Assembly: GCA_012862495.1 (NCBI GenBank)
Contig: BLSG01000208.1
Location: forward strand, 53,887-104,342
Length of the DNA: 50,456 bases
Reading direction: 5' to 3'
From: Thraustochytrium aureum
Lineage: Eukaryota
The translations under genes were made by a program, and so were the position numbers. Position 1 is the first letter of the stretch; each line of letters begins with the position of its first letter. Positions 1 through 11,857 of the stretch are shown in pieces. Under the pieces are notes generated by a model. It had not been told where the DNA came from and made no database searches. It saw only the letters and a program-made list of their open reading frames with translations.

Positions 1-424
1 GCTCTGCTGCTGCTCTGCTTGTTGTGCAGCAGCAGGCGCGAGCGAGGTTATCCCGGTGCAGGCTATTCGCCCACGTCGGGGTATTTATTCGCTGTTCGTT
101 TTACTCCGGGGTAAGGTCGGTCAGAGAGGTGGAGGAGGTCGGTCTGCGGGAGGACGGGCGGAACTTGCGACATTGGCGGCACACACCTTTGGGGACATTG
201 CCAGAGGTGAAGGGACGACGACACGCGTCTCGCCATCGTTGCAGAGTCCTCGAGCACTCCGGTATCCTACCTTGCCTTACTTTACTCTACTCGGCAAGGA
301 GATGCAGGCAGCAGCTGCTGCAGTGCGGGCTGATGGCCAGTTCCGGTTTTTTTTGCGTTGGTCATGGCGGTCATTTTGGTCCGCTTACGACGGGCCTGGC
401 AGGGGCAGACGCGCTGCGGGCGCG

Positions 425-3276
425 CTACGGCGTCGAGGGCGCTTGAGAGCTGCCGACGACCGACTCGACGCGCCGGCGAAGCTCGCGCGCGTTCTGCGTC
501 ATGAAGGACGTGATGTGACCGCGCGCAAAGTTGACCTCGTGACGCACGACACGGTTTGCGTCGGTCGCAAGGGCCGAGGCAAGTCGCGAAGGGGACAGCA
601 TGATAGACTNNNNNNNNNNNNNNNNNNNNNNNNNNNNNNNNNNNNNNNNNNNNNNNNNNNNNNNNNNNNNNNNNNNNNNNNNNNNNNNNNNNNNNNNNNN
701 NNNNNNNNNNNNNNNNNNNNNNNNNNNNNNNNNNNNNNNNNNNNNNNNNNNNNNNNNNNNNNNNNNNNNNNNNNNNNNNNNNNNNNNNNNNNNNNNNNNN
801 NNNNNNNNNNNNNNNNNNNNNNNNNNNNNNNNNNNNNNNNNNNNNNNNNNNNNNNNNNNNNNNNNNNNNNNNNNNNNNNNNNNNNNNNNNNNNNNNNNNN
901 NNNNNNNNNNNNNNNNNNNNNNNNNNNNNNNNNNNNNNNNNNNNNNNNNNNNNNNNNNNNNNNNNNNNNNNNNNNNNNNNNNNNNNNNNNNNNNNNNNNN
1001 NNNNNNNNNNNNNNNNNNNNNNNNNNNNNNNNNNNNNNNNNNNNNNNNNNNNNNNNNNNNNNNNNNNNNNNNNNNNNNNNNNNNNNNNNNNNNNNNNNNN
1101 NNNNNNTGAGCGATGATGCAGTCCACCTGCGGAAAGAGCTTGGAGAAGGGGCAGCCAGCGTCGACGAGCAGCTTGCCGCTCTTCATGTACCGGCGCGCGG
1201 CCTCCTCTATCGCTTGGGCGTGCTCGTCGAGCTCGACCTTCGAGTCCGCGTCGGAGGGGTTGATGCTGTTCTGGTTGCCGACGAGCGCGATGACCCGCGG
1301 GCGCCGCGCGCACTTTTCGATCATCATGATGGCCAGCTCGAGGATCCTGGTCCTCGGCACCGGCATCGAGGAAAAGGCCATGGCCACAAGCGGCTCGCCC
1401 GCCGCCTTGGCTTCCATGATCATCTTGACGTACCGCGCGGTGAGGTTCGGCACCGCCCCGGTGCGCAGGAAGATAAAGTCGGTCAGCACCGCATTCTCGT
1501 GCCAGTCCGGCGGCTTGCCGCCAAAGGTGGTCTTGTTGATCGGGACGACGCAAGGGATGTCCTGGTCCACGATGAGCTGGTAGTTGTCGACTCGGTGCGA
1601 GAACGGCTGCAAGCCGCGGCGCGACCGCATCGCGTTGAGGCTCGTCTGAAAGTCGAGCGGGTTGTTCTCCATGAACAGCTTGATGCGCCCGTGCACGCGG
1701 TGCGACAGGTCGGGGTCGCCCTCCCGCTCGATCGGGGCGATGGCGGGGTACTGCTTGGAGGGGACACGGTGGGCTGCAGCAAGAACCCGATCATCGGGAT
1801 CCGCAGGGACTCGGACAGCACCATGGCCACGTTGGCCGTGGTAAACCCAAAGAGGATCAAGTCCGGCCGCATCGCCCTGCACCAGTAGTGAAAGACGGGC
1901 TCGCTGTCGAAGAACTCGCGCTCGCTGTGGCCCAGCATGGCCATCTGCAGCGCTGTGCTCTTCTGCTGCATGGCCCACTTCGCCAGCGCGGTGGTGATAC
2001 GCTTCTCCGTGTCGCCCCCGCTCGTGCGAAACTGCACCGCTCCCCTGGACACGTCGCTGTACCGCTCAATGAGGGGCCGGTACCTATCTTCGGTGCAGAT
2101 TGTCACGAGCATGCCGTGCAACTCGGCCAGCCCCCGCCCGAGGGCGATGAACGGCTGCACGTCGCCGCGGGTCCCGCGCGTCACGACAAACACGTGCTTG
2201 GTGTATGATGGGTGCTTGCCAGCCAACGACACGGCGGGGGGTTCATCGGCGCAATCCTCGAGGTCGGCCAGGTCGGGGACCACCACGGAGAGCATTCCGC
2301 GTGGCACTGGAATATCGGCCTCTGGGAGTTGGGCCATGTCAAAGCTGAGCAAGATCTGCGTTGGGTTGACCATGGCGCGGTCGAACACGACGATGTCCGA
2401 GTCCGGGTCCTTGATCCAGAGCGCAGCACCAGCGAAGCTGGAGCCCTCCTTGTCTAACACCGACTGTGCGATTAGGTCGCCGACGAGCACACGGACCTCC
2501 CCGACCACCACTTTGACGCCCGTTCCGAGCGGGCTCTTGAGGAACCACGTGCTCAGCTCAAAGCACAACGTGTCTTCGGGGGCCACCATCCCTAGCTCGA
2601 GCCGCTCGCCAAACTCGATACTGCCCTCTTCCACGGCGGCGCTCTTGGTGCTCAACGTCCGCACTTTCTTTCCGTCCCGCGCGCCGAGCACGCTCACGGC
2701 AACGGCGAACTTGCCCTGGATGATGTTGGTGGAGTCGATAGGTTTCGGGACGTTCTCCACGCCGTCGACACAGACCTGGAAGGCCACGCGTGTGCTGATT
2801 TCGCCAAGGGCGGACTCGTCCACTTCGTTCTCGGCGTCGAGCTTGCCCTCTTCTGCCTGGCCTGCGGCTTGAGAGGCGGCTCGGGCTCCGCGCGACGCTG
2901 GCAGCAGTGACCGGAGCATGCGCGAAATGCCTAGCTTATTGCCTGCCATCAGCTGGTCCACGACGTGCTGCCGCCCTGTGGCGATGGCGTCTCCTAGCGC
3001 GTGCCAGAGGTCCTTTGCCTCGGCGCCCGCTTCGGCGGGCCTTTGCCCTGCCTCCTCGCGCAGTGCGCCGCCGCCGCCGTCGTTGTCGTCGTCACTGTCG
3101 TCCTGCGCAGCTGCGTGTGCGGGCGCGTCGTCCTGGGAGCAGCCTGCATCGCTTGCACCGGGCGCCTCCTCCGTCCCCGCCTCGACCGCGCTCCCTTCTT
3201 CGCCCTTGCTCGCCGTCTTGTCCTCCCGGCTTGCGCTTGCCCGCTTCGAGACGCGCTTGCTCAACCGCGCGAGCAT
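425..3276 (-). CDS. C2-domain-containing sterol 3-beta-glucosyltransferase-like glycosyltransferase (GT1 / Glyco_transf_28 N-domain); apparent frameshift at 1760-1763 and gap 610-1106
   Basis: ORF 1483..3276 has the GT28-N motif HVFVVTRGTRGDVQPFIALGRGL and, upstream, a C2-like beta-sandwich (VAFQVCVDGVENVP...IEFGERLEL...VVGEVRVLVGDL). ORF 425..1978 continues with the UDP-sugar-binding half (VAMAFSSM...GCPFSKLFPQVDCIIAH, running into the gap). Adding one C to the 4-C run joins LLQPTV-SPSKQYP. Confidence 0.8.
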
Positions 3277-3734
3277 CCTGGGCGGACTGGCTGGCTGGCA
3301 CGCTGGCCGTCAGGCTTCCACACGCGCTGCAGAAGATAGCGCACGCGGCAGCCGCCCAGAGGCCAGCCCCAGCTGCGCGCGAGGAGCACTCCACACCCGG
3401 GCAGAACCAACAGCCTCCTCTGCCTTCGCGCGTCCGCAGCCGTGCCGGTCCAGTCCAACCCTCCGAGCCAGCCTCGCTCGCCCCCGACCAGGTCACCAAA
3501 AAAACCAACCAACCCAAGCTCGGCGCGGCCGCCGCCTGATCACGAGAGAGCGAAAAAAGGCGCGGGAGCAGCGCCCAGCGACCGTACGCTCTCGAGCAGC
3601 GCGCCGCCGACCCGCAGCGGCTTGCGAGTCTGCCCGCCCGCCGCCAGCCCTCGCTTGCTCGCTTGCTTGCTTCCGCGCACTTGCACAGCGGACACGCGCT
3701 TGACCTGGTGTGCGCCGCCACGATCGTACCGCGC

Positions 3735-3843
3735 ACGTCACCACGGCCCGCTTCTCGTCAGTACCTCCTTGATGTGACGTGATGTGGAGGGGGTATGTGA
3801 CGTGGAGTTCCAGTTTTTAATCGCGTTGTGTACCCGCACGTCA
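3735..3843. promoter_or_regulatory. Cluster of CRE-like GTGACGT/ACGTCA motifs in divergent intergenic region
   Basis: ACGTCAC 3735, GTGACGT 3774 and 3797, ACGTCA 3838, between the divergent GT and BART genes. Confidence 0.5.
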
Positions 3844-4594
3844 TGGAGGCCGCCTCGTTGGCGCCGCGCGTGGCGCTGGGGGGCCTACGTTATGATTCAG
3901 GGTCGGGTTGCAATCGGGAGGGGAGGCATACGTTACGGCGCACACTGGTTTGATAACGCGTACTTTTCGCTTTCTCGACACTCTGGGGGCTACGTTGCAC
4001 GTGGTATGGCACCCTCCCGACGCTGGTCGAGCGCGGACTTTTTCATGTCGTTTTACAAGCGGCCGACGTGGAGCTGGCGCCGCGCTGCACACGGCCGAGG
4101 CGCTACGTGCTGCTGCGCTGGAAGCTTTTGAAATGTTTCGGTAGGGCGTTGGAGGAATGGAGATGCAGATTTGCTTTCAGTGGCCCTGAGCACAGCGCTT
4201 TTTTACAAGGTTTAGTCTTTGTCTTTTTTTTTTAAAGGCGCTGATGCAAGCGTGTGACTGCCTGCCTGCCTCGGCGCCCGCACGTCCCGGCCGCCTCACT
4301 CGTCTGTCAGCGTGCTGGAGCTTGGCGCTTGCGCAAAGACTCGGAATCATTTTTCCATAGTTCTCGTCGAGCGCCTCCGCCGCGGGGAAGCAAAAGATGT
4401 TTGGGTTTCGAGAAAGGGGAACTATCTGGTCGCAGAATTCCCAGCCCCGCGCCAAAGCGGCAAGCTCGAGTCGACAAGTCTCGGGCCAAGCAAACCTTTA
4501 ACGCACTCGGATTGCGCCGCCACGAACTCGGACTGGCACTCGACGAGCAGGGGCTGGGCAGGCGCAACCAAGCAAAGGCTGACAGGCATCCAGG

Positions 4595-5361
4595 ATGGAG
4601 AGCAAGTTCGAGGACGAGAGCAAGTCGTTCGGGGAGACCAAGTCGGAGGCAGGGGACAAGAGCAACAAGCGGCTGAACAGCCTGGTAAGTGAGATGGTGG
4701 CCGTGCGAGGTGCAGGAGAACGGCGCGTTGCTGACGCCGACGCCGCCGGCCCAAAAGCTCGCAAAGCGCGAGAACGGTGACGTTCTCGCCAACTTGTACC
4801 CGTTCTACCAGAGCAAGATTTCTCATGGCATGGAGGAGTTTTACGCCGAGTTTGCGCGCGAGTTCGACCCCGAGGACGAGGAGCACAAACTGGTCTACTT
4901 TGACATTTTCAAGAAGTACGAGGATCTCTTCGAGGGCTATCTGGAGGAGTTTGTGGAAGAGCAAGGCCTCGACAAGGCCGTCTTTTATGAAGAGCTCAAC
5001 CAGGTGGTTGAGAAGAAGCGCACTGGGCGCTCGCAGATTCTCGTCAAGCTCGTAGCGGCACAGACAGACTATGACTTCTTTGTCAACCTGATGANNNNNN
5101 NNNNNNNNNNNNNNNNNNNNNNNNNNNNNNNNNNNNNNNNNNNNNNNNNNNNNNNNNNNNNNNNNNNNNNNNNNNNNNNNNNNNNNNNNNNNNNNNNNNN
5201 NNNNNNNNNNNNNNNNNNNNNNNNNNNNNNNNNNNNNNNNNNNNNNNNNNNNNNNNNNNNNNNNNNNNNNNNNNNNNNNNNNNNNNNNNNNNNNNNNNNT
5301 GAAAGACAAGGCCAGAGAGCTGGGCAAGTCTGGCAACAACGGGCGCGGTGGCAAAAAGTGA
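4595..5361 (+). CDS. BART / ARL2-binding domain protein (CFAP36/ARL2BP-like); exon 4595-4684, intron 4685-4757
   Basis: FAREFDPEDEEHKLVYFDIFKKYEDLFEGYLEEF...DYDFFVNLM matches the ARL2_Bind_BART pattern. A phase-0 intron (GTAAGT...GCTGAC...AAAG) joins MESKFEDESK...NSL to LAKREN. The gap flanks overlap (ATGA|TGAAAG), giving MKDKARELG...KK* with stop at 5359-5361. Confidence 0.75.
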
Positions 5362-5815
5362 GCCAGCGCTACATGTGAACCACCGTCTTGGCCCACAAGC
5401 GTGCTGAGCGAGCCGAGCCCTCGAGCGCTCAAGCGCTCAACTGCTCTGTGGCAGGCGGCGGCCCATCCGGCCGAGAGGTGAAGCCGCGCTCGACGTCCTC
5501 CCAGTTGGACCGGGCACCATCGGCGCGGCGGCGCGCTGCGGATCGCGCTGGGCTCGCTCGCTGCTCCCAAGGGCTCGAGTTGCGCCCAATTCTCCGGGCC
5601 AGCTACCGCTCCCTCTTGATCAAGAGCAACCTGAAAACAGCGGCCAAGTGGCTTGGTTTTCGTCCAAACGAGAGAAATCTGCGAGCAGCCACTCTCGCGA
5701 GCCACTGGCGCAATCCGCATGGCCGGTGGCCCCCTGCGCCATCGCTTTGGCGTGAATCTGAAGATAGAAGGAAAGAAACCGATTCTGCATTTCATCAACT
5801 ACAAAGCGAGCCGCG

Positions 5816-7606
5816 TCACACGCCGCCAGGGCGCGTGGAAGTAAACCCGCTCACCGGAAAGGCGCCCATGTTGCCGGTCCCCAAGCGCGCAAGCTCGGCC
5901 AAAAACGTTTTCGAGTTGTGCACGCTCGAGCCTCCAAGGACGACGTTGAGGCCCATGCCTGCCTGGTTGATGTTGTGCACGGCCGCGGCCTCTTCAAAAG
6001 TGGCCCCTCCGAGGATGAAAACGATCACGTCCCTGGGCTTGTCGCGCGCGTTGCCTTGGCCAACAAAGGGGAAAACCGTCTCCTTGAGCTTTCCTTTGGC
6101 AACGAATTCGAGCGTCTCGTGCAGGAGCGGCTTGTGCTGCGTGTAGACGTTCTGCACGCCTTTGACGGCGCGCGTGGCGAGCTTGAGGGACTTTGACAGC
6201 AGCGTGCTCTCCCCGAACAGGTCTCCGCCGCGCTTGGCAGCCCCGCCGTAGGCCAGAATGTGGTCCACAAGTTGGATGTCGATGTCTGAGACGCCCTTGT
6301 CGCGCAGCATACGCTTGAGCTGCGTGATCTGGTTGGCAGAGTGCGTCTCGTAGCGCACCGCATAGAGGAGGACGAGGCGGACGGCGTCGACTTGCGACGT
6401 GGTTGCGCTCAGCAGTTTCGCCTTCACTTCCTCCACCTGTGTGGCGTGGTCGCTCATGCAGGCCAGCTCCTGCTCGAGCTGCGACACGTCAAGAAGCTTG
6501 TGCGTCTCGACGAGGCGACTCAACTCGCCCAGCACAGCGACGTGCTTGCTCACGTTGTTGCTAAACTGCTTGAACTGCGGGAAGCGCTCCACGAAGTTTT
6601 GCATGGCCTCGATCGTGTCGATCTTCTTGTGGTCGGCGGTCTTGCTCTGCAGTTCTTGCAAGAGGCTCTTCACTGCAGCGCCCAAGTCGCCAAAGTTGGA
6701 GTACATGTGCTCGGCGAAAAACTGGTCCGACAGGGCCAGCACAACCTCCTCCATGTCTGCCTTGACCCCAGGGGCGTTGCGCAGGCTGACGCGGTTGTTC
6801 TGGATCCCGAGCAGTTCGTGCACCATGGCCTGGTACGTCCACTGCGTCAGGAGCGGGGTGATCGGGTCGTCGCGGCGGTCGAGAATGAGGAGCAGCGAGG
6901 CCCCCGGCTCGCGAAAGTCAAACAGCTGCTTCTCGCTGTCGATCTGGCGCTTGATCTCGCGCGCAAAGTTCTGGCACAGGTCGCTCGAGCGCTGAAACCT
7001 GATGGTGGGGCACTTTTTGAAGGCGAGCAGCGCGGCCGCGACGCCCTCCACCGTCCTGAAGAAGGAGCTCTCCTCGCTCTTCGACCATCGGCTGCGCGGC
7101 ACGCTCTGCAGGAGGCTGTTCTTGATGTTGAGCGTGAACAGCTCGTTGTTGATGGCGTAAAAGTCGGCGAAGAATTCCTGCACCTGCTTGACGAGTTCGC
7201 GCTCGTCCGCGTCTGCGAGCTGCTGGAGAAGGTCGGGCGGGCAGATGTTGCTGAAGAAGATGTGGTACTCGCCATAGTGCGGGTCGCGCAGCTCTTGGCG
7301 GATCGCCTGCACGTTGGAGCGCGTGGGCCTGCAAAAGATGACGCCCTTGAGGTGCATCATCGTCTCGCGGCTGTCCTGCAACGAGGCGGTCAAAAACACC
7401 TCGCGTTCGAGGATCTTGGTCTGCGTGTACACCATCGAGATGATCCCGGTCGTCTCCCAGTCGAGTAGCAGCACTTTCATCCCGGATATCCCGGAGAGGA
7501 TCTTCTCAAAGTAGAACTCGACGGCGCGCGTCGGGTTGAGCCCATGCTGCTCGCGCTGCAAGTGGCCAAACCCGCTCGCCTCCTTTGGCCCGGCCTTGAT
7601 GCTCAT
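5816..7606 (-). CDS. VPS45: Sec1/Munc18 family vacuolar protein sorting 45
   Basis: GMKVLLLDWETTGIISMV, LLILDRRDDPITPLLTQWTYQAMVHELLGI, NVSKHVAVLGELS, NVYTQHKPLL and IVFILGGATFEEA are characteristic VPS45 motifs. ATG at 7606 (MSIKAG) gives 596 aa with no interruption. Confidence 0.95.
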   Translation of the reverse strand: MSIKAGPKEASGFGHLQREQHGLNPTRAVEFYFEKILSGISGMKVLLLDWETTGIISMVYTQTKILEREVFLTASLQDSRETMMHLKGVIFCRPTRSNVQAIRQELRDPHYGEYHIFFSNICPPDLLQQLADADERELVKQVQEFFADFYAINNELFTLNIKNSLLQSVPRSRWSKSEESSFFRTVEGVAAALLAFKKCPTIRFQRSSDLCQNFAREIKRQIDSEKQLFDFREPGASLLLILDRRDDPITPLLTQWTYQAMVHELLGIQNNRVSLRNAPGVKADMEEVVLALSDQFFAEHMYSNFGDLGAAVKSLLQELQSKTADHKKIDTIEAMQNFVERFPQFKQFSNNVSKHVAVLGELSRLVETHKLLDVSQLEQELACMSDHATQVEEVKAKLLSATTSQVDAVRLVLLYAVRYETHSANQITQLKRMLRDKGVSDIDIQLVDHILAYGGAAKRGGDLFGESTLLSKSLKLATRAVKGVQNVYTQHKPLLHETLEFVAKGKLKETVFPFVGQGNARDKPRDVIVFILGGATFEEAAAVHNINQAGMGLNVVLGGSSVHNSKTFLAELARLGTGNMGAFPVSGFTSTRPGGV

Positions 7607-7610
7607 CCTC

Positions 7611-7670
7611 GCCTGCCACGCGCTCTGCTGCCTGCCACGCGCTCTGCTGCCTGCCACGCGCTCTGCTGCC
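7611..7670. repeat. 19-bp tandem repeat x3 immediately upstream of the VPS45 ATG
   Basis: (GCCTGCCACGCGCTCTGCT)x3. Confidence 0.9.
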
Positions 7671-8924
7671 CGCTCCGCACTCCCAGGCGCCGCCCCTTCC
7701 AGCCGCGCGGCGCTCGCCTGCAGGCGCGTCAACAGGAGCCTGACCTTGGGCGCGATCGGGCGCTCGGTCGCTGGCTGCGCCGCGCTCGCCCACCAGGCCC
7801 AAAGGCCGCGGAGCAGGAGCAGCACTCTGCGTCGCGGCGCTGGAGCCTCTTGCCTGCCGCCGATGCACACGTGGCCGCCCCGCGCGCTCGCCGCCGTTCG
7901 CCGTTCGCCGTCTGCTGCAGCCGCGCGCGCTTGGGACTGCTGCCGCTCTTCTGACGGGGAGGCAGAACAGAAGAATGTCCTTTTTACACCGCTTGGTGTC
8001 GACACCGCGACAGCGCCGCAAGCTGGGCGGAAAGGCCAGCGGTTGGTGTCGCTCTGATNNNNNNNNNNNNNNNNNNNNNNNNNNNNNNNNNNNNNNNNNN
8101 NNNNNNNNNNNNNNNNNNNNNNNNNNNNNNNNNNNNNNNNNNNNNNNNNNNNNNNNNNNNNNNNNNNNNNNNNNNNNNNNNNNNNNNNNNNNNNNNNNNN
8201 NNNNNNNNNNNNNNNNNNNNNNNNNNNNNNNNNNNNNNNNNNNNNNNNNNNNNNNNNNNNNNNNNNNNNNNNNNNNNNNNNNNNNNNNNNNNNNNNNNNN
8301 NNNNNNNNNNNNNNNNNNNNNNNNNNNNNNNNNNNNNNNNNNNNNNNNNNNNNNNNNNNNNNNNNNNNNNNNNNNNNNNNNNNNNNNNNNNNNNNNNNNN
8401 NNNNNNNNNNNNNNNNNNNNNNNNNNNNNNNNNNNNNNNNNNNNNNNNNNNNNNNNNNNNNNNNNNNNNNNNNNNNNNNNNNNNNNNNNNNNNNNNNNNN
8501 NNNNNNNNNNNNNNNNNNNNNNNNNNNNNNNNNNNNNNNNNNNNNNNNNNNNNNNNNNNNNNNNNNNNNNNNNNNNNNNNNNNNNNNNNNNNNNNNNNNN
8601 NNNNNNNNNNNNNNNNNNNNNNNNNNNNNNNNNNNNNNNNNNNNNNNNNNNNNNNNNNNNNNNNNNNNNNNNNNNNNNNNNNNNNNNNNNNNNNNNNNNN
8701 NNNNNNNNNNNNNNNNNNNNNNNNNNNNNNNNNNNNNNNNNNNNNNNNNNNNNNNNNNNNNNNNNNNNNNNNNNNNNNNNNNNNNNNNNNNNNNNNNNNN
8801 NNNNNNNNNNNNNNNNNNNNNNNNNNNNNNNNNNNNNNNNNNNNNNNNNNNNNNNNNNNNNNNNNNNNNNNNNNNNNNNNNNNNNNNNNNNNNNNNNNNN
8901 NNNNNNNNNNNNNNNNNNNNNNNN

Positions 8925-9689
8925 TCCTTGTTCTGCGAGTACAAAGGCACAAACGCAAACGCCGAGATGATCAGGCCGAAAAGGAGCACATACGCCTGCA
9001 TGAAGAAGCCGCTGAGCGCAACTAGCGTCAGCGCTAACAAGACGACCGCGACCTTCACGTTGTCCTCCTCCTCGACGAGGAGCATCTCCCACAAGTCCAC
9101 GGCGTCGCCCGCCATAACGGAGAGCCCACGCGAGACCATCGTAATGTCGCGAACGCTAACAATCTGCCGCTGCGCCGCAAATCGCTCGGCGTCAAAGTGC
9201 TTGCTCACAACGCCAGACTCTTTCAGCTCGGGGGAGAACCTCATGGCGGCAGTGGTCGCGGCCAGTTGAAACATGACCAGGAACGAGACAAGCGTCACGA
9301 TCCCGTACTCGGAGACGTGGAGCAGCCCATACGTGAGAATAACAAGGCTCAAGCAGAGGCCAGAGTACAGGGGCTGCCGCCACGTCAAGAGCCCGCCGAG
9401 CACGTGGCGGACGTAGTTTTCGGGATTTTCAAGGTCTGGTCCGTCATCGGCCTCGTCGCTCCACGGCTCGTCTTCGCTCTCGTCTGCGTCGCTCACCCGC
9501 GTTTTCCTGGCTTTCTTTCCTGCGCTCTGCGACTTGCCTTTCTTGTCCTTCTTGCTCTTCTTGCTTGCCTTCTTGTCCTTTTTGCTCTGCCGCCGCACGG
9601 GCCGGGTCTCGGTGGCCCTCCTCGTCGTCGCTCCAGCCCTCGAGGCTCTGTTCCCTTGCGGCGCCGCCGAGCGAGCCAACGTCGCTCAT
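8925..9689 (-). CDS. Reticulon-domain protein (3' end in gap; apparent frameshift at T5 run 9579-9583)
   Basis: LLTWRQPLYSG followed by two long hydrophobic stretches ending ...AFVPLYSQNK is the reticulon homology pattern. The acidic/basic N-terminus MSDVGSL...AAAEQ joins KDKKASKK if one A is removed. Confidence 0.7.
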
Positions 9690-10143
9690 GTCCTCGTCAA
9701 AGTCCGCATTTCGGCGTCCGCGCTTGAGGACTCGGCCAGTGCCGTGCGCACTCTCCAGCCCGAGCGCCAGCCCGCGCTTAGCTCCGACGGCGCGCTGCTG
9801 CACCTCGCGCAGCAAGCACTGCCGGGCTTTGGCCAGGCCTGCTTGCTTGGTCACGCGCGCCGCCGAGTCATGAGTGTGCAGAGTGATTCAGTGTGCACGG
9901 TCTCTTGAGTCAAGACAGAGTTTATTGACAACCAGGACGAGTCGCTCGCATGTGCGAGTGCTCGGGCTTTCTGCGTTCCCGCTGCGCGGCCCGGCGAGTG
10001 ACGGGCTGTAGACGTCAGCGGTTTGCGGGCGCCCGCTGCAGCGCTCGGTCAATCGCTTCCCGACGTGGAGCACCTCTTGAGTTAGCTCCAGCTAGAGTAT
10101 GGCTCACGAGGCGAGCGTGTTTGTGCCCATCATGGCGAGTTCC

Positions 10144-10173
10144 GCCTTCTACGTGACTGCCTTCTACGTGACT
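10144..10173. repeat. 15-bp tandem duplication containing ACGTGAC
   Basis: (GCCTTCTACGTGACT)x2 in a divergent intergenic region. Confidence 0.85.
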
Positions 10174-10853
10174 GGCGGACGCGGAGTCCCCAGGCCAGCC
10201 CGTTGAGGTGTCGCGGCAGCGGTCCAGGCGGCGCTGGGCGCCGGGCGGGGCGAATCGCGTCGTTTGCCATGGCGGCTGGAAGGCTTGCGAAACAGCTGCG
10301 CCACCGCCCAGCACTGGCGAGAGAACGCCTCAAGGTGCCGGCCGGGCCAGGCCGCGGCGCTTGTGGCGCTGCCCGGCTCGCTTCCCTCTTGGGCGCGCAG
10401 CTCGCATTCTCTCAAGCTAGAGAGCCCGCGCTCAATTCACCTGAGCAAGCATGGCCGGCCTCTGCGATGCAGAATGACGCAGAACAACGCAGCAAGCGGC
10501 GGTTCTGCACCAGAGTCCCCAGCAGGAGCGTCGAAGACACGCCAAGCGCACCAAGCGCGCCAACCAAGCGCGCCAAGCGCACCACGCGCTGGACGCGCGG
10601 AAGGCGCGGCGCAGCTTGAGGCGCCAAACCCCACCACAACACAAGCACGCTCGCCGTGCCCGCCAACTCGCAACCAGCCGCTATGCCGGCCTCCACAGCC
10701 ATGCGCCTTCGCTCCACAACTTGATCAAGAACGCCCAGGCCGGGCTGGGCCAGCAGATGTGGGGACCGCGCACCCACCGGTCCACTTTGAAGCACTTCAC
10801 GCAAGACTTGCTCGCGATGTTGTCTCGGGCTGCATCCATAGTCGCATCGCGCG

Positions 10854-11717
10854 ATGGAGCGGCAGGAGAACACGATGCCGGAGGCGGCGCCGGCGCACCG
10901 GCCGGCGATGCTGCAGGGCAGCTCGGCGTCCGTCCACCAGCACCAGGCGCAGCCCGGGCAGACGCAGACGCAGCAGATGGTGCAGGACGGCCACCAGCAC
11001 GACGGGCCTGGATGCGCCCAACGCTTGCGAGCTGGGCGGGGGGCTGGCGCGGACGCGCCGCTCGGCTTTGCGTACGAGAGGGAGGGGCCCGCGGCGGGCG
11101 GCACTGGCGTGCAGGCGGCGAAAACGCGCGGCCCGCCAGCGATACGCAGCGTTGCCAACGTGCCGCCGACCGTCCGGGAAACGAGGCACGCCAAGATATC
11201 TAGTGCTGTGGCCACGTCCACAGTGGAAGCCGAAGCGGTGCTGGCGCGCAGCCGTGGAGGCTCGAGAGGCGCGCGCGCTTGCGTCGGCGGACGCGGACAG
11301 TCGGAAACATTGATGCCTCCAGAGTCCCAGGTGGCCCCGGACGGCATCACTCCTGCGCGAGCAAGAGAAACACGCAGCTCCCAAGCATCTTCCGTGGCGC
11401 CCCGGCCGGCGCCACGGGGCTCGCGCAACTCGCAATTCGTCATCGACTACACCCCTGGGTCCCTGTTGCAGCGGTGCTTGCGAGAAGTGGGGCTGCGGCC
11501 GAACGAGACCGTGCTAGCGCAAGAACTGCACGGTCTGGGCGAGGACCTCTTGGCGCAAATGCTGCTGAGCATCATGCGCAACGGCAACCTCACGGTGGCG
11601 CTAGTAAAGCACTTTGAGGCGGTTGCGGAGGACGAGGGGCACGAGCGCATTTTGGCGTTCCTCGCCCAACTCGACCTCTTCGCGGCGATCGGGCCGCCGG
11701 CGGGCCAGCGCTCGTGA
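10854..11717 (+). CDS. Hypothetical protein (low-complexity N-terminus, helical C-terminal domain)
   Basis: 287-aa ATG ORF. The C-terminal ~95 aa (FVIDYTPGSLLQRCLREVG...LLAQMLLSIMRNGNLTVALVKHF) looks globular and is followed by an AT-rich putative 3' UTR. The start is uncertain. Confidence 0.5.
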   Translation: MERQENTMPEAAPAHRPAMLQGSSASVHQHQAQPGQTQTQQMVQDGHQHDGPGCAQRLRAGRGAGADAPLGFAYEREGPAAGGTGVQAAKTRGPPAIRSVANVPPTVRETRHAKISSAVATSTVEAEAVLARSRGGSRGARACVGGRGQSETLMPPESQVAPDGITPARARETRSSQASSVAPRPAPRGSRNSQFVIDYTPGSLLQRCLREVGLRPNETVLAQELHGLGEDLLAQMLLSIMRNGNLTVALVKHFEAVAEDEGHERILAFLAQLDLFAAIGPPAGQRS

Positions 11718-11857
11718 GCCGCAAGCTGTGGGCGCGCAGTTCTTGCGTTCTGCGTGCAACGCGCCCGGCCCGCCCTCACGATTAGCTGTAAATAATGTAT
11801 TTGTCACAAGTTTGTGATGCAAAGAGGCCGCCTCTCCCCGCGCCGGGTCCAGCGGAG

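Noticed and set aside
5816..9679. 1287-aa reticulon-VPS45 fusion ORF in the track
   Set aside because: Artefact of reading through the N gap. 7607-8058 is repeat-containing UTR-like sequence, and VPS45 is complete from ATG 7606.
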